From: Betaproteobacteria bacterium
Lineage (GTDB): Bacteria; Pseudomonadota; Gammaproteobacteria; Burkholderiales; SG8-39
Direction of reading: 5' to 3'
Length of the DNA: 64,000 bases
Assembly (NCBI GenBank): GCA_037443705.1
Contig: JBBINV010000005.1
Location: forward strand, 1,578-65,577
A model generated the notes under the pieces. That model searched no databases. It was not told the DNA's origin and was given only the letters and a program-made list of their open reading frames with translations. The translations under genes were made by a program, and so were the position numbers. Below, piece by piece: positions 47,562 through 56,178 of this stretch. Positions within the stretch are counted from its first letter, which is position 1; the number at the start of each line of letters is the position of its first letter.

Positions 47562-47858
47562 TTACTCCTTCGGGGCCGTCCAGCGGTCCTCGCAGCGGTA
47601 GGCGCGGAGCAGCGCCGCGACGGGTGCGCTCTTCGCGCCGATGACCGCACCTGCGCCGAGCGAAGCGAGCTCGCGCCGGACCAGTTCGAGGAGCTGGAAC
47701 CCCGAGCTGTCGAACTCGGTCGCCTGCGACAGATCGAACCGAACCGGAGCGCCGCCTTCTACGACGCTGGCGAGCGCTTCCTTCATTCTCGCCGCGTGGT
47801 AGATGTCGGCCGAGCCGCTCACGCGCACAGTGTCTCCATCCCGGGTGATCTCGATCAT
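47562..47858 (-). CDS. STAS-domain (anti-sigma-factor-antagonist-like) protein
   Basis: 98 aa: MIEITRDGDTVRVSGSADIYHAARMKEAL...FDLSQATEFDSSGFQLL. Sits between cheY and cheA. Confidence 0.8.
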   Translation of the reverse strand: MIEITRDGDTVRVSGSADIYHAARMKEALASVVEGGAPVRFDLSQATEFDSSGFQLLELVRRELASLGAGAVIGAKSAPVAALLRAYRCEDRWTAPKE

Positions 47859-47869
47859 GTCGTTCTCCT

Positions 47870-48238
47870 TCAGGGCAGCACCAGCCGCGACACCGCATCC
47901 AGCATCTGCGGGGGCTGGAACGGCTTCACCATCCACGCCTTCGCTCCGGCCGATCTTCCTTCGGCCATCTTCGCTTCCTGCGACTCGGTGGTGAGCATAA
48001 TGATCGGCGTGAACTTGTAGGCGGGCATTCCTTTCAGCGCGCGCACCAGGGCGATGCCGTCCATGTTCGGCATGTTTACGTCGCTGATGACCAGGTGCAC
48101 CTTGCGCCCATCGAGCTTCGCGACCGCGTCCTTGCCGTCGCAGGCTTCGAGCACGTCGTAGCCCGCGCCGCGCAGCGTGAGCGCCACCACCTGCCGCAGC
48201 GACGCCGAGTCGTCCACCACCAGAATCGTCTTCGCCAT
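47870..48238 (-). CDS. cheY: single-domain chemotaxis response regulator
   Basis: ILVVDDS...LVISDVNMPNMDG...KAWMVKPF. Confidence 0.95.
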   Translation of the reverse strand: MAKTILVVDDSASLRQVVALTLRGAGYDVLEACDGKDAVAKLDGRKVHLVISDVNMPNMDGIALVRALKGMPAYKFTPIIMLTTESQEAKMAEGRSAGAKAWMVKPFQPPQMLDAVSRLVLP

Positions 48239-48247
48239 CGCGCCTCC

Positions 48248-49306
48248 TCAGAAAAAGGTGACAGCGGAGCCGGCGCCGGCGCTCGCCGGTGCCGCGACGG
48301 AAGCGGCGTGGTTGCGATGCTGCTCCTCGGTCGTGTAGCCGACCCGCATCTCGGCCAACCACGCCTCTGCCGACACCTGCTCGCCGGGGCGCCCGAGCGC
48401 GCCGGTCACGCGCTCGGCGAGGCGCGCGATGTCGTCGCGCGCCTGCGCCAGGATCTGGCTGGTGCGATCCTGGAACTGGAGCTGCACAATGACCTGCTCG
48501 ATCGCCTCGCGAATGCCGCGGCTCTCCGCGAGGAGCGCCTGTCCGGAGCTCTTGAGCCCCTCGACTCCGTTCTTGAAGCGCTCGAGCACCGCGCGGATGG
48601 TCGCTTCCGCGCCGCCGAGCGCGCGATGGTCCTCGCCCGCCGCATGCGCAGCTGCCGCTTTCGCCGCGAGCATCGCGGCGCCGATCGTCTCGGCCTTCTC
48701 GCGCATGCGTGCGCCAGTCTGCGCCGAGCGCCCCGAGAGCGTGCGCACCGCGTCGGCAACCACCGCGAAGCCACGCCCGGACTCGCCGGCGCGGGCCGCC
48801 TCGATCGCGGCGTTGAGCGCAAGCAGGTTCGTCTGGCTGGCAATGCTCGAGACCTCTATTGCCATTTCCTTCAGCTCCCCGGCGTAGTCGCCCAGGCGCT
48901 GCACGTCCGCGGCGATCGCGTCGCGCGCGCGCATCGCCTCCTGCAGCGTCCGCGTGAGCGCGGCCAGGTCCTGCTCGCAGGCGCCGAGCAGCGCGACGAC
49001 TCCCGCGCCGTCGCCGTGCATCGCACCTGCGGTCCGCTCGGAGGCACGCGCCGTCGCTTCGATCCGGCCGATCAGTTGCGTGAGGTTCGCGACGAGCTCG
49101 CCGATGGCGCGTTCGGTCTGGCTGCGCGAGGATTCGATGTTTCGCGCCCACACGGGGAGCACGTGGGCGCAGAGCCGGTCGAGCCCCTCGATCCCGGGCC
49201 GCGGCGAGGGCGCCGGGGCCTCCTGCGCCGGAGCGTTTCGCGGCGCATCGAAGAACAGCGACACCAGAGGCGTCCAGAAACCCGATCCCGCGTCACTTGC
49301 CTTCAT
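48248..49306 (-). CDS. soluble (no TM helix) MCP-signalling-domain protein
   Basis: [36 protein letters not shown] hairpin tip with no hydrophobic segments. ATG 49306 has GAGG 5 nt upstream; the ORF-track start at 49360 is less likely. Confidence 0.8.
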   Translation of the reverse strand: MKASDAGSGFWTPLVSLFFDAPRNAPAQEAPAPSPRPGIEGLDRLCAHVLPVWARNIESSRSQTERAIGELVANLTQLIGRIEATARASERTAGAMHGDGAGVVALLGACEQDLAALTRTLQEAMRARDAIAADVQRLGDYAGELKEMAIEVSSIASQTNLLALNAAIEAARAGESGRGFAVVADAVRTLSGRSAQTGARMREKAETIGAAMLAAKAAAAHAAGEDHRALGGAEATIRAVLERFKNGVEGLKSSGQALLAESRGIREAIEQVIVQLQFQDRTSQILAQARDDIARLAERVTGALGRPGEQVSAEAWLAEMRVGYTTEEQHRNHAASVAAPASAGAGSAVTFF

Positions 49307-49511
49307 TCTTGCCTCGTACGTTCTTCGTCCGGCGCGGCGGTATGCCGCGCTGCCGGTCATCGTCTTCGGGGCCAGGCGGAATCAGGGCCTGGTGTGCTCG
49401 CCGCGGTGTCAGAGCGGCGACGGGAGATCCGCTCCCGGTGATGGGCAGACTAGCAGCCGGGAACGAGTCGCAGTATGGGGGTTAGCGGCAGGAATCCGCC
49501 GCTGTTAAGGG

Positions 49512-52056
49512 TCAGGCGGCCAGCGCGCGAACGGCCGGGGGCCGAAGCTCGAGCTCCGCCCGCACCACGCCTCCTGCGCCGCGAACCTCCAGGCGACCGC
49601 CCGCGCCCGGCAGCAGCGTGCGCGCGAGCGCGAGACCCGCACCCTGCCCGCCTGCGGGCGCGAACGCACCCGGGTTCTCGACGACGAGGCGCACACCCTC
49701 GCGCCATGCCTGCAGGCCCACGGCGACGCCTGCGTCGGCGCGCGCGCGGTGCTTGACCGCGTTCCACACCAGCTCGTTGATGACGAGCGCGACCGGCACC
49801 GCCTCGCCTTCGGCGAGCGCCCAGCGAGCTTCGCCTTGCGGCTCGTAGCGGATGTCCGCCGCGGAGATCGTGCGCAGCGTGAACAGGATTTCGAGCAGCA
49901 GCGGCTCGAGGCGCACATCGTCCGCGCCGCGCCCGTGCAGGCCGTGTACCTTGGCGATCACCTGGATCTGGCTGATCGCCGCGCGCAGCGCCTCCTCGAG
50001 CTCGGGACTGCGGGCGATGCGCGTCTGCAGCAGCCCGGTCACGCCCTGCAGGCTGTTCTTGATGCGGTGGTGCACCTCGCGCACCAGCGCGTCTCGCTGG
50101 CGACGGGCTTCCTCCAGCCGAACTGCCTCGCCGCGCTTGGTCGCGGTGATGTCGTGGCCGACCGTGATGATCCCGCCGTCGCCCAGACGTCGCTCGTGGA
50201 TCAGGATCCAGCGGCCGTCCGCGTAGCGGATCTCGAACGGTCCCGAAAGCTTGCGCCTGCGCTCGAGACGTTCCGCGACCCATTCCGCCTCGCGGCCGAT
50301 CGCATCGGCGATGTAGCCGGCGGCCACGGCGGCCCGGAGATGGTCCTCGAAGCGCCGCCCCGGCTCGAGCGTCTCTGCGATCCCTGCGTTGCAGGCGATC
50401 ACGTGCCGATTGGCCAGCACGATGCGATCGCCGGCGTCGCAGATCACCACCGTCTCGGCCAGATCGTCGATCGCTGCCCGCAGCCGCTCGTCGGCTTCGC
50501 GCGCCCGTTGCTCATTCCGCACCTGCTCGGTGACGTCGGATCCCAGGTTGCGGTAGCCCAGGAAGTTGCCGCGCTCATCAAAAAACGGCATGCCGCTCAC
50601 GTTGATCCAGGCCTCGCCGCCGGGATCCCTTCTCAGGAAGCGGAAATTGCGAAACGGCTCGCGCCGCGCCAGCTTCTCGAGGTGCGACTTCCACGGCTCC
50701 TGAGTGAAATCGGCTCCCGGGGGCGGCAAGGTCGAGCCGGTTCTTGCCGATGTACCAGCCGGGGGACACGCCGCGCGCCGCCGCGATCGAGTCCGAAACC
50801 CAGGTATAGCGGCCCTCGGCGTCCTGCTCCGAGAGCATGTCGCCGCTCGCAAGCGTGAAGTCCCGGAACCGGGCTTCGCTCTGCGCCAGAGCGAGCTCCG
50901 CTTGCTTGCGCTGCGTGATGTTGACCCCCACGAAGAGCGTGCCCCCGTCGGGCAGGCGCTGCTCGGTGACCATCAGCCAGATCCCGTCCTGGCGCCGCAC
51001 CTCGTATGGGCCTGTGGGCGCGCGCCTCGCCGCCATCCGCCGCTCGAGCCAGCCCTCCTCGTTGCCCACCGCATCGGGGAACAGGCCGTGCGTCACCGCG
51101 GCGCGCAGGAACTCCTCGAACCGGCGACCCGGCGTGATCGATTCCGCGACCGGCGCGTTCAGCTCGGCAAACCACCGGTTGACCAGGATGAAGCGGTCGT
51201 CCGCATCGCACAGCGCCACCGCCTCCGAGAAATGCTCGATCGCGGCCCGCAGCCGCTCGTCGGCCTCGCGCGCGCGCTGCTCGCTCCGGATGCGCTCGGT
51301 AATGTCGGTGCTGCTGTTCCGGTAGCCGAGGAACCGCCCCGCCTCGTCGAAGAACGGCACGCCGTTCACCGAGATCACCGCGCCTCCGTCCGGCCCCGCC
51401 GTCACGTAGCGGAAATCCCGGAACGGCTCGTGCCTCTCGAGTGCCTCGAGGTGCGACTTCCACGGCTCGCGCGCGAGGTCGGCGCGCGGCGCGATCACTT
51501 CCACGCGCCTGCGCCCGACGTACCATTCCGGAGGCACCCCGCGGCGGCGCGCGCCGACCGATTCCGAGACCCACGTGTAGCGGCCGTCGGCGTCGATCTC
51601 CGCGAAGAAGTCCCCGTTGGCGCGCGCGAAATCGCGAAAGCGCGCTTCGCTTTGCGCAAGGGCGCGCTCGGCGCGCTTGAGCTGTGTCACGTCGCGCCCC
51701 ACGCCGCTGTAGCCGCGGAAGCGGCCCGCGCGATCGAAGATGGGCACTCCGCTCACGTTGACCCATCGGACCGTGGCGTCGTCGGCCGGGTACGGCGCCT
51801 CGAAGTCCCTGAATGGCTCGTGCCGCTCGAGGGTCTCGCGGTGCGCGCGCCAATGCGGATCGTCCGGGTCGGCGCGCGCCACTTCCCAGCGCGTCTTGCC
51901 GATCAGCGAGGCAAGCGAGCGCCCTATCCTCTCGGGCGCGCCGTCCGAGTACCAGACGAAGCGAAAATGCCCGTCCTGCTCCCAGAACCAGTCCGCGCTC
52001 AGCGCCAGCAGCTCGCGCAGGCGCCCGGCTTCGAGCGCCGGGTCTTCCTTCCTCAA
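49512..52056 (-). pseudogene. multi-PAS HisKA_2 sensor histidine kinase, reading frame broken by 1 nt in a homopolymer (or sequencing error)
   Basis: ORFs 50578-52056 and 49512-50852 overlap. Deleting one G from the G5 run at 50719-50723 joins them into ...KNRLDLAAPGADFTQEPWKSHLEKLARREPF.... This parallels ...RRRVEVIAPRADLAREPWKSHLEALERHEPF... in the preceding repeat unit. The C-terminus has HHRIKNSLQ (HisKA_2) and an HATPase domain. TTG start overlaps the upstream stop. Confidence 0.75.
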
Positions 52057-52664
52057 CCGCGGTTCCCGGGCGAGTTGAGCGTGTCCGCGGCGCGCAGCAG
52101 GTCCTCGGCGACCTCGCTCACGCGCCGGCGCTGGGCGCGCGCGCTGTCGCGCAGGCGCGCGAACGCGGCGTCGCGGTCGATGCGAAGGCGCTCCATGAGG
52201 ATCCCGATCGCCATGCTCGTCTCGCGGCCCTGGCGCAGCGCGGTGCTCAGCTGGTCGCGCGTGCTGCGAAGCTCGAGCAGCTCCTTGGCCCGTGCGAGCG
52301 CGGACTCGAGCGCCGGCACGAGGCTGGCCACGTCGATCGGCTTGATGAGGTAGCCGAGCGCGCCGTGGCTCGCGGCCTCGCGCACGATATCGAGGTCGCC
52401 GTAGGCCGACAGGATCAGAGTGCAGCAGGCGAACTCGTCGAGCAGCCGGCGCGAGAGCTCCGCCCCCGACATCCCCGACATGCGCATGTCTACGAGCGCG
52501 AGGTCGAACGGCTGCTCGCGCGCGCGCTCTATCGCCTCCTCGGCGCTCGAGGCGCTGGTCACGCGGTAGCCGGCGCGGCTCAGGCCCTCGCCCAGGGTGG
52601 CGAGAACCAGCCGGTCGTCGTCGACCAGCAGCAGGTTCGCTATGACGGCGGCCTTCGAGTTCAT
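52053..52664 (-). CDS. REC-ANTAR response regulator (RNA-binding antiterminator type, PdtaR/AmiR-like)
   Basis: REC domain (LLLVDDD...LALVDMRMSGMSG...LIKP) followed by ANTAR (LRSTRDQLSTALRQGRETSMAIGILMERLRIDRDAAFARLRDSARAQRRRVSEVAEDLL). ATGA overlap with the upstream kinase. Confidence 0.9.
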   Translation of the reverse strand: MNSKAAVIANLLLVDDDRLVLATLGEGLSRAGYRVTSASSAEEAIERAREQPFDLALVDMRMSGMSGAELSRRLLDEFACCTLILSAYGDLDIVREAASHGALGYLIKPIDVASLVPALESALARAKELLELRSTRDQLSTALRQGRETSMAIGILMERLRIDRDAAFARLRDSARAQRRRVSEVAEDLLRAADTLNSPGNRG

Positions 52665-53623
52665 GTCCGTGCGAGAACGGGCGCGTGCAGTTCGAGCGTC
52701 GCCACGATATCGGCCCCGCGCTGCCCGATATTGAGGGATGCGCCCTCGAGCGGCAGCAGCGACCGGACCAGCCCGAGACCGGCGCCGTTGCCGACGCCGG
52801 AGGCGAAGTCGAACCCCTCCGGCACGCGCCCGGGGTTCGTCACGCGCAGCGTAGCGGCTTCCCCTTCGCGCGACAAGTGTGCGCGCACCGGGGCGCGCGC
52901 GGCGCGGTCGCGGTGCTTCACCGCGTTGGTGAGCAATTCGTGGATGACGAGGGCGATCGCCACCGCCTCGCCCTCCGAGAGCACGATCCTGCGCTCCGGC
53001 GGCACGCGCACCTCGATCCCGGCGCCGTGCAGCTCCTGCACCGAGCGCGCGACCGCCTCGAGCACTTCGCACAGTTGGACGTTCACCTTGCCGGGCTGCG
53101 CGTGAAGCCCATGGATCGTCGCGATCGCGCTCACCTGCCCGATCGCCTCGCGCAGGTACGGCGCGCACTCGGGCGAGCGGCTCGCGTGCATCGCAAGGAG
53201 CCCCACCACACCCTGGAGATTGTTCTTTATCCGGTGGTGCACCTCGCGGATCAGGGTGCTGCGCTGCATCGCCTCGCCGAGGCGCTGTTCGGTGACGTCT
53301 TCGCACAGCCCGAGCATCAGCTCGGCGCCGGCGCGGCGCGCAACGCGGAAGCCCCGAGTCCGGATCCAGCGGACCTCGCCGTCGGCGCGCCGGATCGGGT
53401 ACTCGACCTCCCAGCCGCCGTTCGGCGCTTGCGGCCGCTCGATAGCCGCGCGCACTCGTTCGAGATGCTCGGGCAGCACCTGCTTCGTCCAGGACAGCGG
53501 GTCGGCGTAGAGCGTATCGGGCGGCACGCCCCACATGCGCGCATAGGCGGGACTGACGTAGTAGAAGCGCATGCCGTCCACTGAGCGGATCCAGACCACG
53601 TCGCGCATCCGATCGGCGACCAT
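52661..53623 (-). CDS. PAS-HisKA_2 sensor histidine kinase
   Basis: PAS domain (DVVWIRSVDGMRFYYVSPAYARMWG), H-box REVHHRIKNNLQGVVGLL and an HATPase domain. ATG 53623 is the first ATG; an upstream non-ATG start is possible. Confidence 0.8.
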   Translation of the reverse strand: MVADRMRDVVWIRSVDGMRFYYVSPAYARMWGVPPDTLYADPLSWTKQVLPEHLERVRAAIERPQAPNGGWEVEYPIRRADGEVRWIRTRGFRVARRAGAELMLGLCEDVTEQRLGEAMQRSTLIREVHHRIKNNLQGVVGLLAMHASRSPECAPYLREAIGQVSAIATIHGLHAQPGKVNVQLCEVLEAVARSVQELHGAGIEVRVPPERRIVLSEGEAVAIALVIHELLTNAVKHRDRAARAPVRAHLSREGEAATLRVTNPGRVPEGFDFASGVGNGAGLGLVRSLLPLEGASLNIGQRGADIVATLELHAPVLART

Positions 53624-53673
53624 GCGGAACCATTCGCCGATCTGCGCGTCGTCCTCCGCGGGGAAGGCGGGGC

Positions 53674-56178
53674 TCAGGCCCCCCTCCTCGGCAGCGCGAA
53701 GCAGAAGGCCGCACCTTTGTCGCGCGCCGCGCTCGCCCACACGCGGCCGCCGTGGCGCTCGATGACGCGCCGCACGATCGCGAGGCCCAGGCCGTTCCCG
53801 GGGAACTCCTTCTCGCTGTGCAGCCGCTGGCAAAGGCCGAAGAGCTTGGGCGCGAACGCCATGTCGAACCCGACCCCGTTGTCCTGCACGCAGACCACGG
53901 TCTCGTGCGGCCCGGAGCCCCGCGGCTCGAGCGCGATCTCCGCCGGATCGCGCGGCGCGGAGTACTTCCAGGCGTTGTCGAAAAGGTTCGCGAGCACGAT
54001 GCGCATCAGCCCGGGATCGGCGAACGCGCGGATGCCGGGCTCGATTTTCCAGACGACGTTCCTCGCCGGCTCTCGCGCGCGCAGCTCCTCGGCGAGCTGG
54101 CGCGCGAGCGCCGAAAGGTCGATCTCGCGCGGCCGCAGCTCCTCGCGCCCCAGGCGAAACAGCTTCAGCATGTCGCCGATCAGCGCCCCTACGCGCTCGC
54201 TCGAAGCCGCGATCCGCTCGAGGTAATGGCGCGCCTCGGCCGGCATGGCTTCGGCGTGCTCGCGCGCGAGCAGCGTGCTGAAGCCCGCGATCGCGCGAAG
54301 CGGCGCGCGCAGGTCGTGCGACAGCGAGTACGAGAACGATTCGAGCTCCCGGTTGGCGGCCTCGAGCTCGCGGGTGCGCTCGGCGATCCGCGAGCCGAGC
54401 TCGGCGCGCGCGGCGGCGGTTTCCTGCTGCAGCCGCCAGCGCTCGATCGCCATCTCGGCGAGCGAGCCGCAGCGCCGGATCGCCGCCCATTCGGATTCGC
54501 TCGGCGCGCGCGCTTCCGGCAGGTAGAGCTCGATCACGCCGAGCGCGCGGCCGCTTCCGTTCAGGATCGGGACCGACCAGCAGGCGCGCACCTGCTCGAG
54601 CGCGGCGAGCCCGGGATTGCCGCGCCACAGCGGGTCCTCCGGCCCCTCGAGCGAGATCACCGGCTTCATCCCGTAGAGGGCCCAGCCGCAGGTCCCGGTC
54701 TCCGGCCCGAGCGCAAGCCCCACCATGCGGCGGCGGTAGTCCTCGGGCAGGCTCGGCGCGGCGAGAAGTCCCACCTGAGGCCCTTCGGCGCCCGTGGCGA
54801 GGATCGCGCAATGCGCGTCCCGGCACGCGGATTCGAGAAACGCGGCGATCCGGCTGAGGACATTGTCCAGGCGCGTGCCGTGCGCCACGGCGGCGAGCAG
54901 CGCGTCGAGCTCATGCGCACCGCCCTGGCCGCGCCCATCCGGCTCGCGCGCGACGACGACCATGAAATCCTTGCCGAGCCAGCGCGAGGCCGACACCTTG
55001 AGCGCGACGCGGACCTCGCTGCCGTCCTTGCGCCGCCAGGCCGCCTCGCCGGGATAGCTTTCGGTTTCGCCGCGCACCACTCGCTCGTAGCGCTTGCGGC
55101 GCTCCTCGTCGCCGAGCGCGGGATGGATGTCGCGCGGGCCGAGCATCAGCAGCTCCTCCCGCGTGTAGCCGAGCAGGCCGCAGGCGCTCGCGTTGACGTC
55201 GACGAACCGCAGCGTGCGCACGTCGACGAGGAACACCGCCTCGTCGATCGTGTCCACCGCCTGGCGCAGCCGGCTCTGCGATTCCTGCGCCGCGACGCGC
55301 TGCGTCGCCTCGTTGAGCGCGACCATCAGGCGGCTCGCGCCGTGGTAGCGCAGCTTCTCGATCGAGACCTCGAAATGGCGGGGGCCGGCGCCGGTTTCCG
55401 CGCGCAGCAACCAGTCGCGCACCGCGAGACCCTCGTCGCGCACCTGCGCGGCGAGGCGCGCGAGCCCCGGCACCGGCACCAGGTCGTCGGCGAGCTCAAG
55501 GCCGACCAGGTCCTCCGGAAGCACGCCGAACAGGTTGCAGAAGGCGCGATTCGCGGACTCGATCGCGAGCCGCTCGTCGAGCACCACGATTCCGAGCGGG
55601 CGCGTGGCGACGATCTGCGCCGCGTAGGCGTGCGCCTCGTCGAGCGCCCGGCGGTCCTCGTAGTGGTACGCCTCGAGCGCGATCTCCATGTCGAACAGCA
55701 CCATCTTGAGCAGCGCATCGAGAACCAGGATGAACCTTTCACCGGTGCCGATCTCGCGGGGAAGCCACCGGATCAGGCACGCGAGATATTTCCGGTACGC
55801 GCCGATGTACCACTTAGGCTCGACTCCCATCCGGTAGTGGATCAGTCCGATCCGGAGGCGACTTTCGACGTAGGCGCGGTCGATTCGGCCCTCCACAAGC
55901 GCGTCGAAATAGGCGCGGCGAGTCCGGCGCAACTCGGCCTTGCCCTCGGGGTCCTGCGGCAGACGGGCGCTCGTCTGAGGAAACGAGTAGAGGAAGTCGT
56001 AGAACTCGCCGATCATGGCGTCCCGCAATCCGTGCAAGACGTCCCGCTCCGCGCGCAAGCGCGCGAGATCGTCGTCCGTCAACTCCAGGTATGCAAGCCG
56101 CGCGGCAAGCTCCGCCTCGTCCAACCCGATCTCGTCCCGCACCCTGTACGCCGCCACATCGCGAATCGGCTCGTCCAC
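53674..56178 (-). CDS. globin-coupled sensor histidine kinase (globin-PAS-PAS-GAF-HisKA-HATPase)
   Basis: N-terminal globin-sensor signature (IGEFYDFLYSFP...AYFDALVEG..DRAYVESRLRIGLIHYRMGVEPKWYIGAY). H-box FSYSLSHDLRAPL and G-boxes DNGVGFD, GNGLGLA. The GTG at 56178 lies 7 nt after AGGAGG; the ORF-track TTG at 56184 is too close to the SD. Confidence 0.85.
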   Translation of the reverse strand: MDEPIRDVAAYRVRDEIGLDEAELAARLAYLELTDDDLARLRAERDVLHGLRDAMIGEFYDFLYSFPQTSARLPQDPEGKAELRRTRRAYFDALVEGRIDRAYVESRLRIGLIHYRMGVEPKWYIGAYRKYLACLIRWLPREIGTGERFILVLDALLKMVLFDMEIALEAYHYEDRRALDEAHAYAAQIVATRPLGIVVLDERLAIESANRAFCNLFGVLPEDLVGLELADDLVPVPGLARLAAQVRDEGLAVRDWLLRAETGAGPRHFEVSIEKLRYHGASRLMVALNEATQRVAAQESQSRLRQAVDTIDEAVFLVDVRTLRFVDVNASACGLLGYTREELLMLGPRDIHPALGDEERRKRYERVVRGETESYPGEAAWRRKDGSEVRVALKVSASRWLGKDFMVVVAREPDGRGQGGAHELDALLAAVAHGTRLDNVLSRIAAFLESACRDAHCAILATGAEGPQVGLLAAPSLPEDYRRRMVGLALGPETGTCGWALYGMKPVISLEGPEDPLWRGNPGLAALEQVRACWSVPILNGSGRALGVIELYLPEARAPSESEWAAIRRCGSLAEMAIERWRLQQETAAARAELGSRIAERTRELEAANRELESFSYSLSHDLRAPLRAIAGFSTLLAREHAEAMPAEARHYLERIAASSERVGALIGDMLKLFRLGREELRPREIDLSALARQLAEELRAREPARNVVWKIEPGIRAFADPGLMRIVLANLFDNAWKYSAPRDPAEIALEPRGSGPHETVVCVQDNGVGFDMAFAPKLFGLCQRLHSEKEFPGNGLGLAIVRRVIERHGGRVWASAARDKGAAFCFALPRRGA

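Noticed and set aside
49307-49511. ANTAR target (dual hexaloop hairpins) in the leader of the che cluster
   Set aside because: The three hairpins have 9-, 5- and 8-nt loops and lack the AxxGxx hexaloop pattern, so they do not fit the known ANTAR substrate.
49478-49511. Sigma28 (FliA)-like promoter TTAA-N15-GCCGCTAA upstream of the soluble MCP
   Set aside because: The match coincides entirely with a GC hairpin that is more simply the terminator of the upstream kinase gene. The -35 half is weak, and Che2-type clusters are not generally FliA-dependent.
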